Origin: Candidatus Eiseniibacteriota bacterium | GTDB taxonomy: Bacteria > Eisenbacteria > RBG-16-71-46 | Length of the DNA stretch: 64,000 nt | Assembly (NCBI GenBank): GCA_041483195.1 | Contig: JBGPFC010000005.1 | Coordinates: 100,958-164,957 of the forward strand | Direction: 5' to 3' | In this document: one piece after another, positions 1 to 10,684 of the stretch | Position numbering within the stretch: the stretch's first letter is position 1 | Layout: each line of letters opens with the position of its first letter | Position numbers and translations under genes: made by a program | Notes under the pieces: model-generated | What the model saw: the letters and a program-made list of their open reading frames with translations, nothing else | What the model was told of the DNA's origin: nothing | Databases searched by the model: none

Positions 1-325
1 GCTTGTTGTAGTAGGGCGTCACGATCATCGCGCCGTCGAGTCCCAGCTCCTCCGCCATCCGGGTGAGGACGATGCTGTCGGCGGTGGCGTTGGTCCCGGT
101 CCCCGCGATCACCGGGACGCGCGAACGCACCCGCTCACGCGCGAAGCGCCACAGGGTGCGGCGCTCGTCGACGCTGCAGGTCGCCGCCTCGCCGGTCGAG
201 CCCGAGACGACCAGCCCCTCGGCCCCTCCCTCGATCATGAAGTCGATGATCTGCGCCGTCGCTTCGAGGTCGATCGCGCCGTCCCGGAACGGCGTGACCA
301 TCGCCACCGTGAGTCCGTCGAACAT
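1..325 (-). CDS. dapA: 4-hydroxy-tetrahydrodipicolinate synthase, N-terminal part (runs off window)
   Basis: Own translation from ATG 325: MFDGLTVAMVTPF...GLVVSGSTGEAAT...RVPVIAGTG...MIVTPYYNK, DapA motifs; next to dapF. Confidence 0.95.
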   Translation of the reverse strand, partial: MFDGLTVAMVTPFRDGAIDLEATAQIIDFMIEGGAEGLVVSGSTGEAATCSVDERRTLWRFARERVRSRVPVIAGTGTNATADSIVLTRMAEELGLDGAMIVTPYYNK

Positions 326-336
326 GGTCGTCCCTT

Positions 337-1170
337 TCAGTCGCGTCCGGCCGCCACCTCGGCCGGCTCGATCCATTCGCCCGCGAACGAGATCTCGGCC
401 GGGCCGCTCAGGCCCACGTCGTAGCCCGTCGCACTCTCGCGATACGTCACGCGCAATTCGTCGCCGCCCGCGGTCAGCACCCGCACCGGCGAGCCGTGGC
501 CATGGGCGGCGGCCCACAGCGCAGATGCGATCGCCCCGCTCCCGCACGCCAGCGTCTCGGCCTCGACGCCGCGCTCGTAGGTGCGCATCGCGACGCGCCC
601 GGGCTCGAGGACCGCGACGAAATCCACGTTCGCGCCGCCCGCGCCGAGCTGTGGGTGACGGCGCAGCGCGCCGCCCCAGGTCCCGACCGAGACCCCGTCC
701 ACGCGATCGACCGGCACCACGAAGTGCGGCACGCCGGGCGTGATCAGCGTCCCGGCGAACACCCGATCCACGGCCTCGAGACTCATCGCGCGCCCGCGTT
801 CCACCCGCCCGAACTGCAGCTCGATCGCGCCGCCCTCGGGCGCGCGTCGCGCGCTCTGAACGCCGGCGGCGGTGCGAAATCGCACCTCCCCCGCGCGGCC
901 CAGCCCCAGGTCGAGCGCGAGCCGCGCCACGCAACGCGCGCCGTTGCCGCAGTAATTCGCCGGCCCGCCATCCGCGTTGAAGTAGCGCATGGCGAAGTCG
1001 AGCTCCGGATCGCGCTCGAGCAGCAGCACCCCGTCCGCGCCGACGCCGCGGCGCCGGTCGCACAGCCGCCGCACCAGCGGCCCGATCGCGTCGGGCAGAA
1101 ACGCCGTGCGGTGGTCCACCACCACGAAGTCGTTCGCCGCGCCGTGCATCTTCCGGAACGCAATGTTCAC
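337..1170 (-). CDS. dapF: Diaminopimelate epimerase
   Basis: FRKMHGAANDF, NYCGNGARC, ERGVEAETLACGSG with both catalytic Cys. Confidence 0.95.
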   Translation of the reverse strand: MNIAFRKMHGAANDFVVVDHRTAFLPDAIGPLVRRLCDRRRGVGADGVLLLERDPELDFAMRYFNADGGPANYCGNGARCVARLALDLGLGRAGEVRFRTAAGVQSARRAPEGGAIELQFGRVERGRAMSLEAVDRVFAGTLITPGVPHFVVPVDRVDGVSVGTWGGALRRHPQLGAGGANVDFVAVLEPGRVAMRTYERGVEAETLACGSGAIASALWAAAHGHGSPVRVLTAGGDELRVTYRESATGYDVGLSGPAEISFAGEWIEPAEVAAGRD

Positions 1171-1175
1171 GCGGT

Positions 1176-2255
1176 TCAGGGTACTCCCGCCGGACGGCGC
1201 AGCACCAGCGTCAGCCCGGTCAGGTCGTCGGCGGGCTCGACTCGCATGACGAGCGGCGCGCTGGCGGGCTCGTCGGCCGGGCGGTACGCACGGTTCTTGT
1301 CGCGGTCACGGAACGCGCGCAGCCTCCATGTCCCCGATGTGATCTGGAAGTCGAACCCACCCCGGTCGTCGACCGCCTCGAGCCGGCGGACGGTCGAGTC
1401 GGTATCGCTCACGGCGAAGATCCGCACGATGCCCAGGCTGTCTCCGAGCGAGTCGAGCACGGCGCCGCGCAGGCGCGCCGGGGCGCGCGGGTTGATCACG
1501 CGCAGCAGCAATCCCGAAGCGGTGGGTTGCTCGCGGGTGAGCTCGAACGTGGTGTCCACCGGGGCGAGGATGTCGGCGTCCGGCTCGAACGAGCGGTTGC
1601 CGTTCAGGTCCGCGAAGGCCCAGAGCCGGTAACGGCCGGGCACCGCGAGACCCGGCACTCGAAACTGCCCGTTCCCGTCGGCGAGTCCGAGCGCGTCGAA
1701 GTCGCGGGCGGTGCTGTCGGGGCCCCGCCCGCGGGCTGCGTCGTAGCACCACAGGTAGGTCCCGGCCGCGCTGAACCCGCGGGCATCGACCTTTCCCGCG
1801 ATCAGGCCGTGCGGAAAACTATCGGCGGTGCTGAACACGATCGCGGTGCCGGCCCCCAGCGGATTGCCGTGCCGGTCGCGCGCCTCGCCGCCCACGAACA
1901 ACGTGTAGGTCTGCGCCGGGGCCAGCGGATGCGCGAGCACGAGCGCGAGCGTGCGCCCGCTCCAGCGTCGCTGCCGGATCTCGACCCGCGGGGCGAGCGC
2001 CACCGATTCACCGGTCGAGCGCGGCTCCATGCCCTCGCTGAACGTGATCGTGAGCCGCGCATCGCGCGCGACCCGCGAAGCGCCGGAATCGGGGGCGCTC
2101 GCGATGACGCGCGGCGGCTCGAGATCGGGCGGACCTCCCGATGGCGGACCCTTCTTCGCGCAACCGCCGAGTGCGATTCCGAGCGCGAGCAGGGTGCCGG
2201 TGGCGCGCGGGGCGCGCGATGTGAAATGAGCCACGGCGGCATCGTGCATGGTCAC
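1176..2255 (-). CDS. Ig-like (Big_5-type) domain lipoprotein
   Basis: Lipobox-like LGGC followed by AKKGPPSGGPPDLEPP; ITFSE..RDRHGNPL..FST Ig-like motifs; DLNGN motif. Confidence 0.7.
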   Translation of the reverse strand: MTMHDAAVAHFTSRAPRATGTLLALGIALGGCAKKGPPSGGPPDLEPPRVIASAPDSGASRVARDARLTITFSEGMEPRSTGESVALAPRVEIRQRRWSGRTLALVLAHPLAPAQTYTLFVGGEARDRHGNPLGAGTAIVFSTADSFPHGLIAGKVDARGFSAAGTYLWCYDAARGRGPDSTARDFDALGLADGNGQFRVPGLAVPGRYRLWAFADLNGNRSFEPDADILAPVDTTFELTREQPTASGLLLRVINPRAPARLRGAVLDSLGDSLGIVRIFAVSDTDSTVRRLEAVDDRGGFDFQITSGTWRLRAFRDRDKNRAYRPADEPASAPLVMRVEPADDLTGLTLVLRRPAGVP

Positions 2256-2339
2256 CGCGCACCCGTCAACCGCTGCGGCGCGCGGCCGGGCGCGGCGCTC
2301 TGCTGCGTCCCGCGCCGGGAGCGGATCGGCGCGCCCCGC

Positions 2340-3224
2340 TCAGGCGCGTGGATGCGCCTGGCCGTATGCCTTGCGCAATCGCGTCTGCGAAACGTGCGTG
2401 TAGATCTGGGTCGTCCCCAGCGAGCGGTGCCCGAGCAGCTCCTGGATCGCGCGCAGATCCGCGCCGCGATCCAGCAGGTGGCTCGCGAACGAGTGGCGCA
2501 GCGCGTGCGGCGTGACGCCGATCCCGCCCGCGACCTCGGCGAGCCGGCGGCGCACGACCCGCTGCACCGTGCGTCCCGAGAGCCGGCTCCCGCGCGGGCC
2601 GCGGAACACCGGCTCGTCGGGGCGTCCGGTCGACCGGCCGCCCGCGCCCAGGAATCGATCGAGCGCGCACAGGGCGGTGTCGCCGGCCGGCACCACGCGC
2701 TCCCGCCGTCCCTTGCCGCGAACGCGCAGCAGCCCGCCGGGCGCATCCACGTCGCCACGGTTGAGGCCGACCAATTCCGAGAGCCGGAGCCCCGCCCCGT
2801 ACGCGAGCTCCAGCAGCGCGCGGTCGCGCAGGGTCGCCGCGTCGGTCGCATCGAGCCGGTCGAGCGCGCGCGAGAGATCGAGCGAAGGCAGCGTGCGGGG
2901 CAGCCGCCGCGGCAGGCGGGGCGCGCGCAGGCCGCGCGCGGGATCGTCCGCGATCACGCCGCGCCTCACGCAGAATCGCGAAAAGCTGCGCCACGCCGCG
3001 AGCGCCCGTGCCGCGCTGGCCGCGGCGTGACCCGAGCGATAGAGATCGCGCTGGCCCTGCTCGAGGAGCTCGCGCGTCCAGAGCGCGGGATCGACGGGGC
3101 GCCCCTCGCCCGCCGCGCGGTCGAGGACCCGCGTCACGTCGCGACGGTAGGCGTCGAGCGTGTGAGGCGAAGCGCGCCGCACGGCCGCGAGTTCCGTGAG
3201 AAACAGATCGAGCGCCGCGCGCAT
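2340..3224 (-). CDS. xerC: Tyrosine recombinase XerC
   Basis: RDRALLELAYGAGLRLSEL, GKGRRER, PHALRHSFASHLL, LLGH, TTQIYTH; downstream of topA. Confidence 0.9.
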   Translation of the reverse strand: MRAALDLFLTELAAVRRASPHTLDAYRRDVTRVLDRAAGEGRPVDPALWTRELLEQGQRDLYRSGHAAASAARALAAWRSFSRFCVRRGVIADDPARGLRAPRLPRRLPRTLPSLDLSRALDRLDATDAATLRDRALLELAYGAGLRLSELVGLNRGDVDAPGGLLRVRGKGRRERVVPAGDTALCALDRFLGAGGRSTGRPDEPVFRGPRGSRLSGRTVQRVVRRRLAEVAGGIGVTPHALRHSFASHLLDRGADLRAIQELLGHRSLGTTQIYTHVSQTRLRKAYGQAHPRA

Positions 3225-3255
3225 GGGATCCCTCCCGTCTTCGCCGCCGGCCGCG

Positions 3256-5844
3256 TCAGTCCGCGACCGGCTCCGATTGCGTCTTGTAACCGCAGCCCGG
3301 CTTCACGCAACGCACCGCCAGGCCCTTGCGGGTCTCCTTCTCCACCAGGAACGGCGCGCCGCACTGCGGGCAGGGCGTGAGACGCGGGCGGTCCCACACC
3401 GCGAACTTGCACTCGGGATAGCGCGTGCAACCGTAGAAGACCTTGCCGCGCCGGCTGCGGCGCTCCGCGATCTCGCCTTGCCCGCATTCCGGGCACTTGA
3501 TGCCGAGCGTGAATGGCCGCGTGTACTTGCAGTCCGGGCGCCGCGAGCACGAGACGAAGCGGCCGTAGGGGCCGTTGCGGGCGACCAGGGTCGAGCCGCA
3601 CAGCTCGCACGTGCCCTCGACCGGGGTCGGCAGCTCCGCGTCGTCGACCGGACGCGTGAACTTGCATTCGGGATAGCCCGGGCAGGCGAGGAATGGGCCG
3701 CGACGGCCGAACTTCTTGACCAGCATCTTCCCGCAGTTGGGGCACGCGATCTGGGTCGCCTCCTCCACTCGTTTGCGGTGATGCTGGCTGGCCTTCTCCG
3801 CGCTCTGGAGATCCTTGTGGAATGGTCCCCAGAAGTCGTGGACGACGCGATGCCACTCCTGCTTGCCCTCCTCGATCCCGTCCAGCTCTTCCTCGAGCGC
3901 GGCCGTGAAGTTCACGTTGAACACATCGGGAAAGGTCTCGGTCAGCAGGCGCTTCACCGCCATGCCGAGATCGGTGGGCCTCAGCCTGCCCTTCTCGCGC
4001 TCGACGTACTCGCGCGTCGTGATGGTGCCCACGATCGTCGCGTAGGTGCTGGGCCGTCCGATGCCGAGCTCTTCGAGGATCTTCACCAGCGACGCCTCGG
4101 AGTAACGCGGCGGCGGTTGCGTGAAATGCTGCTCGGGCCGCACCGGCTCGATGGCCGCGGCCTCGGCGACCGGAGCCAGCGGCGGCGCGAGCTCGAGCCG
4201 CTCGCCCTCGCGCAGCTCCGGCAGGCGTGATTCCGAAGCGTCGTCGTCCTCGTCGACGCCGTACAGCTTCTGGAATCCCGCGAACTTCAGCACCCGCCCC
4301 GACGCCCGCAGGCCGAGCCGGCCGGCCTCGATCTCCACGGTGGTCGCGAGATACTCGGCCGAAGCCGCCTGCGACGCGACCGCCCGCTTCCAGATCAGAT
4401 CGTAGAGTCGGTACTGCTCGTCCGTGAGAAACGGACGCACCACTTCGGGCGTGCGATCGACGGCGGTCGGCCGGACCGCTTCGTGCGCATCCTGCGCGCT
4501 CTTCTTGCCCTTGAACTGGCGCGGGGAGTCCGGCACGTATTCGGGGCCGAGCCGCGCGCCGAGCCAGGCGCGCATGTCGGCGATCGCCTCGCCCGCGAGC
4601 CGCGGGGAATCGGTGCGCATGTAGGTGATGAGACCCACGCTTCCCTCGGCCCCGAGCGCGGCGCCTTCGTACAGCTGTTGCGCGATCGCCATGGTGCGCT
4701 GGCTCGAATACCCGAGGCGGTTGAAAGCGGTCTGCTGGAGGGTGCTGGTGATGAACGGAGCGCGCGGATGCACCTGCCGCGGCGAGGTCTCGACGCTTCG
4801 GACGCCCGCCGTCGCCGTCGCCAGCTCGGCGGCGAGCGCGCTCGCCCGGGCTCCGGCGTCCGCGCCGCGCAGCTGGCCCTGCTCGAGATCCTCCTCGGCC
4901 ACCCTCGTGAGGCGCGCGGTGAACCGGTCGCCGCGCTCGGACTGGTAGTCGGCCTCGATCGTCCAGTATTCCTCCGGCACGAACGCCAGGATCTCCTCCT
5001 CGCGCTCGCACACCAGCCTCAGCGCCACGCTCTGGACGCGTCCCGCCGAGAGCCCATAGCGCACCGTGCGCCACACGAACGGGCTCACCTTGTAACCCAC
5101 GAGCCGATCGAGCACGCGGCGCGCCTGCTGCGCGTTCACGAGATTCATGTCGAGCTCGCGCGGCTGCTCGAGCGCGAGCTTCACCGCACGCTCGGTGATC
5201 TCGTTGAAGGTGAGGCGCAGCAGCGGGCGTCGCGCGCTCTTGAGCGCGCCCGCCAGGTGCCACGCGATCGCCTCCCCCTCGCGATCGGGGTCGGGTGCGA
5301 GGAAGATGCGGTCGGCGTTGCGCGCGGCGGCCTTGATCTTGGCGAGCGCCTGGCTCTTGCCGCGGATCGGAACGTATTCGGGCTCGAAGTCGTTCTCGAG
5401 GTCGACGCCGAGCTTGCTCTTGGGGAGATCCATGATGTGACCGTTGCTGGCCATCACCATGTATCCGCGGCCGAGAAACTTGGTCAGGGTGCGTGACTTG
5501 GTCGGCGACTCGACGATCACGAGCGACTTGAGGCCGGCCGCGGCCGCGCGCGCCCGCGGCTTCGCCGCGGCCTCACCGGAACGCCCGGCAGACGAGGTCG
5601 CGACCGCCTTGCCGGGCTTCTTCGCCGGCCGGGCCTCGGCCTTCGTGGCGCGCGGCGCGGCCGGCTTCGCGGCGGGCTTCGCCTTCGCGCCCGCCTTGCC
5701 CCGGGCCGTGGCCTTCGCGCGCGGCGTGGCCGCAGCCTCGGACACCCGGGGCTTCTGGGCGCGGGATGCGCGTGCCCCCGCCGCGGCCTTGCGGGATGCG
5801 CGCGCGCCCTTCGGCGCGTCAGTGCGTCTGGTCGAAATCGCCAT
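3256..5844 (-). CDS. topA: DNA topoisomerase I with C-terminal zinc ribbons and a long basic N-terminal extension
   Basis: LVIVESPTK Toprim, DPDREGE, SAGRVQS, ITYMRTDS, three C4 ribbons; start taken at ATG 5844. Confidence 0.95.
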   Translation of the reverse strand: MAISTRRTDAPKGARASRKAAAGARASRAQKPRVSEAAATPRAKATARGKAGAKAKPAAKPAAPRATKAEARPAKKPGKAVATSSAGRSGEAAAKPRARAAAAGLKSLVIVESPTKSRTLTKFLGRGYMVMASNGHIMDLPKSKLGVDLENDFEPEYVPIRGKSQALAKIKAAARNADRIFLAPDPDREGEAIAWHLAGALKSARRPLLRLTFNEITERAVKLALEQPRELDMNLVNAQQARRVLDRLVGYKVSPFVWRTVRYGLSAGRVQSVALRLVCEREEEILAFVPEEYWTIEADYQSERGDRFTARLTRVAEEDLEQGQLRGADAGARASALAAELATATAGVRSVETSPRQVHPRAPFITSTLQQTAFNRLGYSSQRTMAIAQQLYEGAALGAEGSVGLITYMRTDSPRLAGEAIADMRAWLGARLGPEYVPDSPRQFKGKKSAQDAHEAVRPTAVDRTPEVVRPFLTDEQYRLYDLIWKRAVASQAASAEYLATTVEIEAGRLGLRASGRVLKFAGFQKLYGVDEDDDASESRLPELREGERLELAPPLAPVAEAAAIEPVRPEQHFTQPPPRYSEASLVKILEELGIGRPSTYATIVGTITTREYVEREKGRLRPTDLGMAVKRLLTETFPDVFNVNFTAALEEELDGIEEGKQEWHRVVHDFWGPFHKDLQSAEKASQHHRKRVEEATQIACPNCGKMLVKKFGRRGPFLACPGYPECKFTRPVDDAELPTPVEGTCELCGSTLVARNGPYGRFVSCSRRPDCKYTRPFTLGIKCPECGQGEIAERRSRRGKVFYGCTRYPECKFAVWDRPRLTPCPQCGAPFLVEKETRKGLAVRCVKPGCGYKTQSEPVAD

Positions 5845-6301
5845 GCCCGAGCATCTCCCCGGCCCCGCCGTCGTCGCCCTGGAGCGCGACCCGCGTCGCC
5901 ACCTCGCGAGCGAGGTCCACGTCCACCGGGCGCACTCCACAGTCGCCCAGCATCTCGAGCACCCGTTCGAATTGCCGCGGGGTGAGCGAGCCCCCGCGCC
6001 GCAGCTTGATGAGGTAGCCCCAGGCCTCGGGGCTCAGCGACTCGCGTTCCTCGGCACTCAGGACCCGGAGCGCATCGCGCCCGGGCGCGCTCTCGAGCGC
6101 CGCCTCGAATCCCTGGCCGGAGTCACGGCTCAGGATGCGCAGCACCATGCAGGCGGACTGGACATCCTCTGGCGTGAAATCCCCCTCCTCGATGCTCTCG
6201 CCGAGCGTCTCGAGCGCAAGATCGTCGCCCTCCACGAAACTCTCGAGTCGCTCTCCGATCAGGCGGAGCAACCGCTGCACCGCGTCGCGCTCCTCGCTCA
6301 T
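5819..6301 (-). CDS. Smg / DUF494 family protein
   Basis: [23 protein letters not shown]...[11 protein letters not shown] resembles DUF494; usual position upstream of topA. Confidence 0.75.
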   Translation of the reverse strand: MSEERDAVQRLLRLIGERLESFVEGDDLALETLGESIEEGDFTPEDVQSACMVLRILSRDSGQGFEAALESAPGRDALRVLSAEERESLSPEAWGYLIKLRRGGSLTPRQFERVLEMLGDCGVRPVDVDLAREVATRVALQGDDGGAGEMLGHGDFDQTH

Positions 6302-9300
6302 GTGCCGCTCCCCACGCCCTCGTCGATCAGCATGTGACATTTCTTGTATTTCTTCCCGCTGCCGCACGGACACGGATCGTTGCGACCCACCCGCGGACCG
6401 CTGCGAACCGGCGCGGCCCGCGGCGGACCCTGGTCGGCCGTCTCCGCGCGCTCCCCGCCCCCCGGGCCGCCGGCTTCCGGCGCGCCGGCGAACACCTGCG
6501 CCTCGGCGTGCTGAGCCACCAGCTGCCGGGGACGCGGCCTCCGCTCGATCTCGTGCATCGCCTCGGGCGCGAGCTGCACGCGGAACAGGCGTTGCACGAA
6601 CTCCTCGCGCACCTCGCGCACCAGCGTCTCGAACAGCGTGTACGCTTCCTTCTTGTACTCGATGAGCGGATCGCGCTGGCCGTACGCGCGCAGCCCGATG
6701 CCGCCCTTCAGGTGATCGAGCTCGTAGAGATGGTCGCGCCAGTGCTCGTCGAGGGTGAACAGGTAGAGGTGCCGCTCGAGCTCGCGCAGCACCGGCGGCG
6801 AGAATTCGATCTCCCGCGCGCGGTAGGCCTGCTGCCCGATCTCGACCGCGCGCTCTCCGAGCGCGTCGGCGTCGGGCGCCTCCTCGAGGTCGGCCGCGGT
6901 TACCGGACGCATCAGCAGGTAGGACAGCTCCTCGGCCAGCGCCTTCCAATCCCACTCGTCGCGGTGACCGCCCCCGCTCCCGGTCGTCTTGTCGGCCCGC
7001 TCCAGCACCGACTCCTCGATCGCGTCGAGCACGATCGCGCTGATGTCGTCCGAGAGCAGCGCCTTGTTGCGCAGGTCGTACACCACCGTGCGCTGCTGGT
7101 TCATGACGTTGTCGTACTCGAGCAGGTGCTTGCGGATGTCGAAGTTGTGCGCCTCGACCCGCTTCTGCGCGCGCGAGATCGCGCCGGTCACGAGCGGATG
7201 CTCGATGACCTCGCCCTCCTGCACCCCCATGCGCTGCATGAGCCCCGAGATGCGCTCGCTCCCGAACAGGCGCATCAGGTCGTCTTCGAGCGAGAGGAAG
7301 AAGCGCGAGGAGCCGGGATCGCCCTGGCGGCCCGCGCGCCCGCGCAGCTGGCGGTCGATGCGCCGCGACTCGTGCCGCTCGGTGCCGAGGATATGGAGGC
7401 CGCCGAGGTCGGGCACGCCGGCGCCGAGCTTGATGTCGGTGCCGCGCCCCGCCATGTTGGTGGCGATCGTCACCGCCGCGCGCTGCCCCGCCTGCGAGAC
7501 GATCCCCGCCTCCTGCTGGTGGTACTTCGCGTTCAGCACGTTGTGCTTGACCCCGCGCCGCTTCAGCATGCGCGAGAGCAGCTCGCTGACCTCGACGCTG
7601 ATAGTCCCGACCAGCACCGGCTGGCCGCGTTCGTGGCAGGCCACGATCTCGTCGATCACGGCGTTGTATTTTTCGCGCTTGGTGCGATAGACGACGTCCT
7701 CTTCGTCCTTCCGCACGCAGTCCTTGTGGGTCGGGATCACCGCGACGTCGAGCTTGTAGATCTCGAAGAATTCGGTGGACTCGGTCTCCGCCGTGCCCGT
7801 CATGCCCGCGAGCTTCTCGTACATGCGGAAGAAATTCTGCAGGGTGATGGTGGCGAGCGTCTGGGTCTCGCCCTCGACCCGCACCCCCTCCTTGGCCTCG
7901 ATCGCCTGGTGCAGACCCTCCGAGTAGCGGCGTCCCGGCATCAGCCGGCCGGTGAACTCGTCGACGATCAGGACCTTGCCATCCTGGACCACGTACTCGA
8001 CGTCGCGTTCGTAGAGCGAGTACGCCTTGAGCAGCGCCTGGATGTTGTGGATGCGCTCGTTCTTGGAGGCGTAGCCGCGGTAGATCTCGTCGCGGAGCTT
8101 GATCTTCTCCTCCGCTCCCAATTCCTCGTTGCCCTCGAGCTCCGAGAGCTGGCCGGCCAGGTCGGGGACCACGAAGCGATCCGGATCCTGGGGCGACATC
8201 TGCTCGCGCCCCTTCTCGAGCAGGTCCACGTTCCGCGCCTTCTCGTCGATCGCGTAGTAGAGGTGTTCGTCGATCTCGTGCAGCCGCTTGTCGCGCAGAT
8301 AGTCGAGCTCGACCTTGGTGGTGAGGTTCTTGAGTCCGGGCTGGTCGCTGACCAGTTTCGTGAAGCGCTTGTGCTTGGGAGCGGCGCGCTGGACCTGGAG
8401 CAGCTTGATGCCCGCCTCGTACTCCTGCTTCGGATCCTTCAGCAGCGTCTCGGCCTCGGACAGCAGCTCGTTCACGAGCGTGGTCTGCACCTTCACCACG
8501 CGCTCGACCAGCGGCTTCAACTCATCGAACGCCTGATCGCTGTGCTCGACCGGGCCCGAGATGATGAGCGGCGTGCGGGCCTCGTCGACCAGCACCGAGT
8601 CGACTTCGTCGACGATCGCGTAGGTGAACCCGCGCTGGACCCGGTGCTCGGGGCGCACCGCCATGTTGTCGCGGAGGTAGTCGAACCCGAACTCGTTGTT
8701 CGTGCCGTACGTGATGTCGCACGCGTACTGGTCGCGCCTCGCCGGCGGGTCCATGCCCTGCTGGATGCAACCGACGGTGAGCCCCAGCCGCCGGAAGATC
8801 TCCCCCATCCACTGGCTGTCGCGCAACGCGAGGTAGTCGTTGACCGTGACCAGGTGCGCGCCGCGCCCGGAGAGCGCGTTGAGATAGAGCGGCATCGTGG
8901 CGACCAGGGTCTTGCCTTCCCCGGTGGCCATCTCGGCGATCCGCCCCTCGTGGAGCATGACCCCGCCGATGAGCTGGACGTCGTAAGGGACCATGTCCCA
9001 GGTGATCGGGATGCCCACGACCTCCCAGGGCTGGCCGCACAGCCGGCGGCACGCCTCCTTGACGGCGGCGAACGCTTCGGGCAGAAGCGCATCGAGCGCC
9101 TCGCGCTCGGCCGCCCGCCGCTCCGTGGCGTCCTCGATCCCGGAAAGCGCCTCGGCGAGCCGGGCCTTGAACTCCGTGGTTTTCGCGAGCAGCGCCCCGT
9201 CGGACAGCGCGCCGAATTCCCCTGCGAACGTGTTGATGGCTTCGACGAAGGGCTCGACCCGCTTGACGTCGCGGTCGTGCTTGGATCCGAAGATGGACTT

Positions 9301-9318
9301 GAGGAGTGATTCGAACAT
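6298..9318 (-). CDS. secA: Preprotein translocase ATPase SecA
   Basis: [40 protein letters not shown]-terminal [22 protein letters not shown]. Confidence 0.98.
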   Translation of the reverse strand: MFESLLKSIFGSKHDRDVKRVEPFVEAINTFAGEFGALSDGALLAKTTEFKARLAEALSGIEDATERRAAEREALDALLPEAFAAVKEACRRLCGQPWEVVGIPITWDMVPYDVQLIGGVMLHEGRIAEMATGEGKTLVATMPLYLNALSGRGAHLVTVNDYLALRDSQWMGEIFRRLGLTVGCIQQGMDPPARRDQYACDITYGTNNEFGFDYLRDNMAVRPEHRVQRGFTYAIVDEVDSVLVDEARTPLIISGPVEHSDQAFDELKPLVERVVKVQTTLVNELLSEAETLLKDPKQEYEAGIKLLQVQRAAPKHKRFTKLVSDQPGLKNLTTKVELDYLRDKRLHEIDEHLYYAIDEKARNVDLLEKGREQMSPQDPDRFVVPDLAGQLSELEGNEELGAEEKIKLRDEIYRGYASKNERIHNIQALLKAYSLYERDVEYVVQDGKVLIVDEFTGRLMPGRRYSEGLHQAIEAKEGVRVEGETQTLATITLQNFFRMYEKLAGMTGTAETESTEFFEIYKLDVAVIPTHKDCVRKDEEDVVYRTKREKYNAVIDEIVACHERGQPVLVGTISVEVSELLSRMLKRRGVKHNVLNAKYHQQEAGIVSQAGQRAAVTIATNMAGRGTDIKLGAGVPDLGGLHILGTERHESRRIDRQLRGRAGRQGDPGSSRFFLSLEDDLMRLFGSERISGLMQRMGVQEGEVIEHPLVTGAISRAQKRVEAHNFDIRKHLLEYDNVMNQQRTVVYDLRNKALLSDDISAIVLDAIEESVLERADKTTGSGGGHRDEWDWKALAEELSYLLMRPVTAADLEEAPDADALGERAVEIGQQAYRAREIEFSPPVLRELERHLYLFTLDEHWRDHLYELDHLKGGIGLRAYGQRDPLIEYKKEAYTLFETLVREVREEFVQRLFRVQLAPEAMHEIERRPRPRQLVAQHAEAQVFAGAPEAGGPGGGERAETADQGPPRAAPVRSGPRVGRNDPCPCGSGKKYKKCHMLIDEGVGSGT

Positions 9319-9411
9319 GGACCTCAGGATAGATGCGCTGTCAAGCGGGGACTGTCGTTCCGGGCGCCGCGGCGTCCGTCCATGCCGGCAAACCGCGGCC
9401 CGGCAAAGCGA

Positions 9412-9440
9412 CGCGGCCCGATGCTCCGCATCGGGCCGCG
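9412..9440 (-). terminator. Perfect 13-bp hairpin between csp and secA, possible terminator
   Basis: cgcggcccgatgc-tcc-gcatcgggccgcg; weak U tract. Confidence 0.4.
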
Positions 9441-9462
9441 CGAACTCCGGGCGAAACGCCGC

Positions 9463-9666
9463 TCACATCCGCCTGATCACGTGGGCCGCCTCCGCGCCCC
9501 GATCGCTCGTGCGAATCTCGAACTCCACGGCCTCGCCTTCGTGCAGTGTGCGGAAGCCGTTGCCTTCGATCGACGAGTGATGGACGAAGACGTCCTGCTC
9601 TCCCTCCGCGGTGATGAATCCGTATCCCTTCTGGTCGTTGAACCACTTCACCGTACCACGCGCCAT
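9463..9666 (-). CDS. Cold-shock protein
   Basis: [25 protein letters not shown] motifs; 67 aa. Confidence 0.95.
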   Translation of the reverse strand: MARGTVKWFNDQKGYGFITAEGEQDVFVHHSSIEGNGFRTLHEGEAVEFEIRTSDRGAEAAHVIRRM

Positions 9667-9745
9667 GGAGCGTCCTCCCTGTGGAGCCCTGGCCCCTCGA
9701 AGGGCCCTGGACCGTCGCTAGGGTGGGGCCGCGAACCCGCGACGG

Positions 9746-10684
9746 TCAAGAGGGTTTCGAGCCCGGATTTTCGCGCCCCGGCACGGCCCGGGGCCGAGCC
9801 GACCAGCGCGCGTGCAGCTCCAGCGCCTGCGGATGCTCCGGCTCCCGCTCGATGACCAGCGCGAGCTGCTCGGCGGCCTGGATGCGCATCCCGAGCGCTT
9901 CGAGCGCCCGCGCGAGATCGACCCGCGCGTCGTGATACTCGGGATTGATCTCGAGCGCGCGCCCGAACGACGCCACCGCGTCGTCGCAGTGCCCCTGCCG
10001 GAGTTCGGCGCGGCCCAGCAGCGCGTGGAGATCGGGGTAGAGCGGATGCTCCATGATCGCCTCGCGCAGCAGCTGCATGGCGCCCGGCACCTCGCCCTGC
10101 TCGACCAGCGCGTGAAAGCGCTGGAGCCGCTGCTGAAGCGCGGGGTTCGACAGCCGGAGCGCGCGCTGGAACAATGCCTGCGCCTCCTCCCAGTCGGCCC
10201 GCTCGAGGCGCTGCATGCCCTGCTGGAACGCGCTCTCCTCCGCGATCGCGGATTCCCGCGAAAGCGCGCGCAGCGATTCGAGCGCCTCCCCCAGGCGTCC
10301 CTCGCGGGCATCGAGCAGCGCGCGCTCCAGCCGCGCGGCCGCGTAATGAGGATTGATCGCGAGCGCGCGGTCGAGCGACTGGCGCGCTTCCGCGCGCCGC
10401 TTCAGGCGGAGCAACACGCACGCACGCTGGAAGTGGAGATCGGCGTGACGGGGCCGGACTTCGAGCGCGAGTCCGAGCGCGTGTTCGGCCGGGGCCAGAT
10501 CACCGGCGGAGTCCGCCATGCGGGCCACTTGAGCGAGCGCGTCCACCGCCCCGCCGGCATCGTGGCCGGGCGTGCGCAGCACCGGCGCGATGCGCTCGAT
10601 CGCCTCGGTGAAGCGCCCCTGCAGCGCGAGGCGCAGCGGCTCCTCGAACGGGGAGCGCGCGGGCTCGATCGGGCGCGGCGTCAT
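9746..10684 (-). CDS. Tetratricopeptide repeat protein
   Basis: Repeated ALxxNPxY/HADL TPR patterns; ATG 10684 overlaps upstream stop. Confidence 0.8.
   Translation of the reverse strand: MTPRPIEPARSPFEEPLRLALQGRFTEAIERIAPVLRTPGHDAGGAVDALAQVARMADSAGDLAPAEHALGLALEVRPRHADLHFQRACVLLRLKRRAEARQSLDRALAINPHYAAARLERALLDAREGRLGEALESLRALSRESAIAEESAFQQGMQRLERADWEEAQALFQRALRLSNPALQQRLQRFHALVEQGEVPGAMQLLREAIMEHPLYPDLHALLGRAELRQGHCDDAVASFGRALEINPEYHDARVDLARALEALGMRIQAAEQLALVIEREPEHPQALELHARWSARPRAVPGRENPGSKPS

Noticed and set aside
2340..3224. Mobile-element integrase
   Set aside because: Housekeeping XerC motifs and topA context
6334..9309. Long antisense ORFs (this one and many others, e.g. 11853-15059, 21351-24248, 61284-63836)
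   Set aside because: Shadow ORFs of high-GC coding strands with no recognisable motifs
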